The position numbers were made by a program, and so were the translations under genes. Under the pieces are notes generated by a model. That model did not search any database, was not told the origin of the DNA, and saw only the letters and a list, made by a program, of their open reading frames with translations. From Escherichia phage phiEC1: a DNA stretch of 64,000 nt. The stretch lies in the sequence record KY608965.1; one strand, 5' to 3'. Below are positions 62,056 through 64,000 of the stretch, in pieces (position 1 is the stretch's first letter; each line of letters opens with the position of its first letter).

Positions 62056-62709
62056 TTAATACTTACATGATTTGATTGTTTCTATGAACAATTTCTTAGC
62101 AGCATTTCCATCGATTTGAAGTATTTTTCGATATGCCTTTAATTTGGTAGAATAATTTTGCCAGACTAAATTGTCAGTAAGTTCGTCATGCTTATCTATA
62201 ATATTCAAGAATGAATCCAACAACAAGAAGGTTTCAAATGAAATTATATTGCTTTGTAGCAATTTGAATATGTAGCTCGACTGAACGTTGTTATTATAAT
62301 CAAATATCTCTTGAAGCGCACTAACTTCAACTTTCTTACTGAAATAGTAGATGTTACGTACGTCTTCGGCAAATGTCTCTTTAGCTTGTTTGAGACGTCC
62401 AATATATTCCCTATAGAAAACTAATGCATCAGCGTCTGATATCTCACCAATCCATGCGTCTTGGTTAGCAACTAAGTTGCTTATGAATATCAAGGTGAGT
62501 TCCTTCAATTTATATTTCTCTGCTAGTTTTTCAAAGAAATATTTATCTCGGCGTTTTTGATACGCATTATCCGAAACACGCATGCACCAGTTATATTTGA
62601 TTACGTCATACCGACCACCAAAATGGTTTTTGCACATCAAGTATAGTTTATATACCGATTTTCCATTAATATAACGTTCTCCATCAGGAGGCATGCGTAT
62701 TTTAATCAT
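62056..62709 (-). CDS. 59: Helicase loader gp59
   Basis: 217 aa as in T4 gp59; matches recalled T4 sequence (…YKLYLM…YDVIKYNWCMRVSD…). Confidence 0.95.
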   Translation of the reverse strand: MIKIRMPPDGERYINGKSVYKLYLMCKNHFGGRYDVIKYNWCMRVSDNAYQKRRDKYFFEKLAEKYKLKELTLIFISNLVANQDAWIGEISDADALVFYREYIGRLKQAKETFAEDVRNIYYFSKKVEVSALQEIFDYNNNVQSSYIFKLLQSNIISFETFLLLDSFLNIIDKHDELTDNLVWQNYSTKLKAYRKILQIDGNAAKKLFIETIKSCKY

Positions 62710-63385
62710 ATTTCCATCCGGACCATTTTGAAGATTTAAGTCTATATGTAACTAAAGACGCAGAAATATTAAAAACATTTGAAACTTCTTTACACGAGGC
62801 GTATTTTATACCATCAATAATTATAGGTTTTTGTTTTTTAATAGTTCTTTCTTTAGAATGCGACTTTGAATTTGCTATTCTAAGAGCTTCTTTGGTTGAA
62901 TCAGGCATCGGCTTATTCGTTTTTCGCCCTTTTCGGACTTTACTCAAGGCCAATTTGTGAGCTTCAGATAGTTTCTTACCCTTATTAGGTGACGGTATTT
63001 TTCTTTCTAGTCTTGTTTTAGATACTTTAGCCTTAGTCTCTTCAGATCTAGGTTTACCTAATTTAGAAAGTGAAATAGACCTTTTAGCTTCATCACTTTG
63101 TTTTTTACCAGGACCACCTTTACCACCGGGAACTAAGTTATAAGTATCATCTCGCAAAACAAAATCTTCGTTAACCAATTCTGCTTCTTTTTTATAGGCG
63201 TCCTTGTCATTATCATATTCATAAAGAATTTCGGTATAAAAATTTTTTAGTCCATATTTAGCTTTGGCCGCTAATATAGCGCGGCCTGATCCAATATACC
63301 AATCTTTCTCTTTATGTTTTTTGTGTACGCCTATATAAATTTTACCATTTATTTTATTGGTAGTTTTATACACAACGTATTTCAT
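62702..63385 (-). CDS. GIY-YIG homing endonuclease (seg-like), inserted between genes 33 and 59
   Basis: N-terminal GIY-YIG motifs (YVVYKTTNKINGKIYIGVHKK…WYIGSG), NLVPGGKGGPG, Lys-rich C-terminal DNA-binding tail …SCKEVSNVFNISASLVTYRLK…WSGWKY. Confidence 0.85.
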   Translation of the reverse strand: MKYVVYKTTNKINGKIYIGVHKKHKEKDWYIGSGRAILAAKAKYGLKNFYTEILYEYDNDKDAYKKEAELVNEDFVLRDDTYNLVPGGKGGPGKKQSDEAKRSISLSKLGKPRSEETKAKVSKTRLERKIPSPNKGKKLSEAHKLALSKVRKGRKTNKPMPDSTKEALRIANSKSHSKERTIKKQKPIIIDGIKYASCKEVSNVFNISASLVTYRLKSSKWSGWKYD

Positions 63386-63720
63386 AATAAGAAATCTAAC
63401 GTATTAGTTTTTTCACCACGAGCAACTGATGGGCGAAGCATGTTTTCGTCAATTGCTTCGCTTGTAATTTTTTCAACAATTCCTGTAGGAATAAATTTAG
63501 CAAATTGTGTTTCTGGAATAGAATTTTCTTCTAAGAAAGCAGTTGTTGCTTCTAAATAAGACATACCAAATTGTTCAACCATAGATTCGATAATGAATCC
63601 GTTTTCTTGACGGTCAAGCAATTTAGCGATATCATCTTTATCGTGTTTTACTGCTAATTCTTGTTCAGATAAACCGGCCTCATCAACCGGTTTAATATCA
63701 CTTAGTGAAAACTGTGTCAT
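63382..63720 (-). CDS. 33: Late-transcription accessory protein gp33
   Basis: 112 aa as in T4 gp33; matches recalled sequence (MTQFSL…DKDDIAKLLDRQENGFIIE…). Confidence 0.93.
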   Translation of the reverse strand: MTQFSLSDIKPVDEAGLSEQELAVKHDKDDIAKLLDRQENGFIIESMVEQFGMSYLEATTAFLEENSIPETQFAKFIPTGIVEKITSEAIDENMLRPSVARGEKTNTLDFLL

Positions 63721-63967
63721 AAAGCTCGACTACCTCTTCGTTTTCAGCTTCAAATTGGTCACGAGCATCTTTATGATAAAGAGCTAACAAACGATTAAAC
63801 ATTTTTCCATCGACACCAAGCTCTTCTTTAGCACGAGTACGAATGTCTTTAATCAGTTCATTATAACCAGAAATTTTAAGTTTGTTATCGGAAGCTTCCT
63901 TGACTAGTTTAGCCAGTTCTTCACCATGCACATCTTGATTAAATTCAACTGCTTCTTTCTTAGTCAT
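63698..63967 (-). CDS. dsbA: Double-stranded DNA-binding protein DsbA
   Basis: 89 aa from ATG at 63967 with GAGGT Shine-Dalgarno; position next to gene 33. Confidence 0.8.
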   Translation of the reverse strand: MTKKEAVEFNQDVHGEELAKLVKEASDNKLKISGYNELIKDIRTRAKEELGVDGKMFNRLLALYHKDARDQFEAENEEVVELYDTVFTK

Positions 63968-64000
63968 GTTTACCTCAGAATTCATTAATTACACTTGTTA

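Overview
The window is a contiguous segment of a T4-like (Tequatrovirus-type) myovirus genome, with gene order and protein sequences matching T4 closely. All calls rest on reading the sequence and on recalled T4 protein sequences, motifs and synteny; no database search was run. The + strand carries the late structural and packaging module: gp7 C-terminus through gp24, then uvsW, and the hub and tape-measure block 51-27-28-29-48-54. The - strand carries a densely packed early/middle region: rnlB, hoc, inh, uvsY, 25, 26, alt, DNA ligase 30, rIII, 31, cd, pseT, the spanin pair, alc, rnlA, denA, nrdB, nrdA, td, frd, 32, 59, 33 and dsbA. Late (TATAAATA), middle (MotA box plus -10) and early (GTTTAC-N17/18-TGTG-TACTAT) promoters and UUCG-tetraloop terminators were read directly. 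The departures from the T4 backbone worth most attention are: (1) a class I DAHP synthase translationally coupled upstream of cd; (2) a HAD-like hydrolase plus NADAR/YbiA-like pair in the accessory island between ligase and rIII, near the Alt ADP-ribosyltransferase; (3) two GIY-YIG seg-like homing endonucleases wedged into the 13/14 and 59/33 junctions; (4) an early-promoter-driven orphan gene antisense inside the capsid gene block; (5) inverted repeats bracketing the -10 of several early promoters; (6) three identical 18-nt terminator hairpins; (7) uninterrupted td and nrdB. No rRNA, tRNA or CRISPR array was seen.
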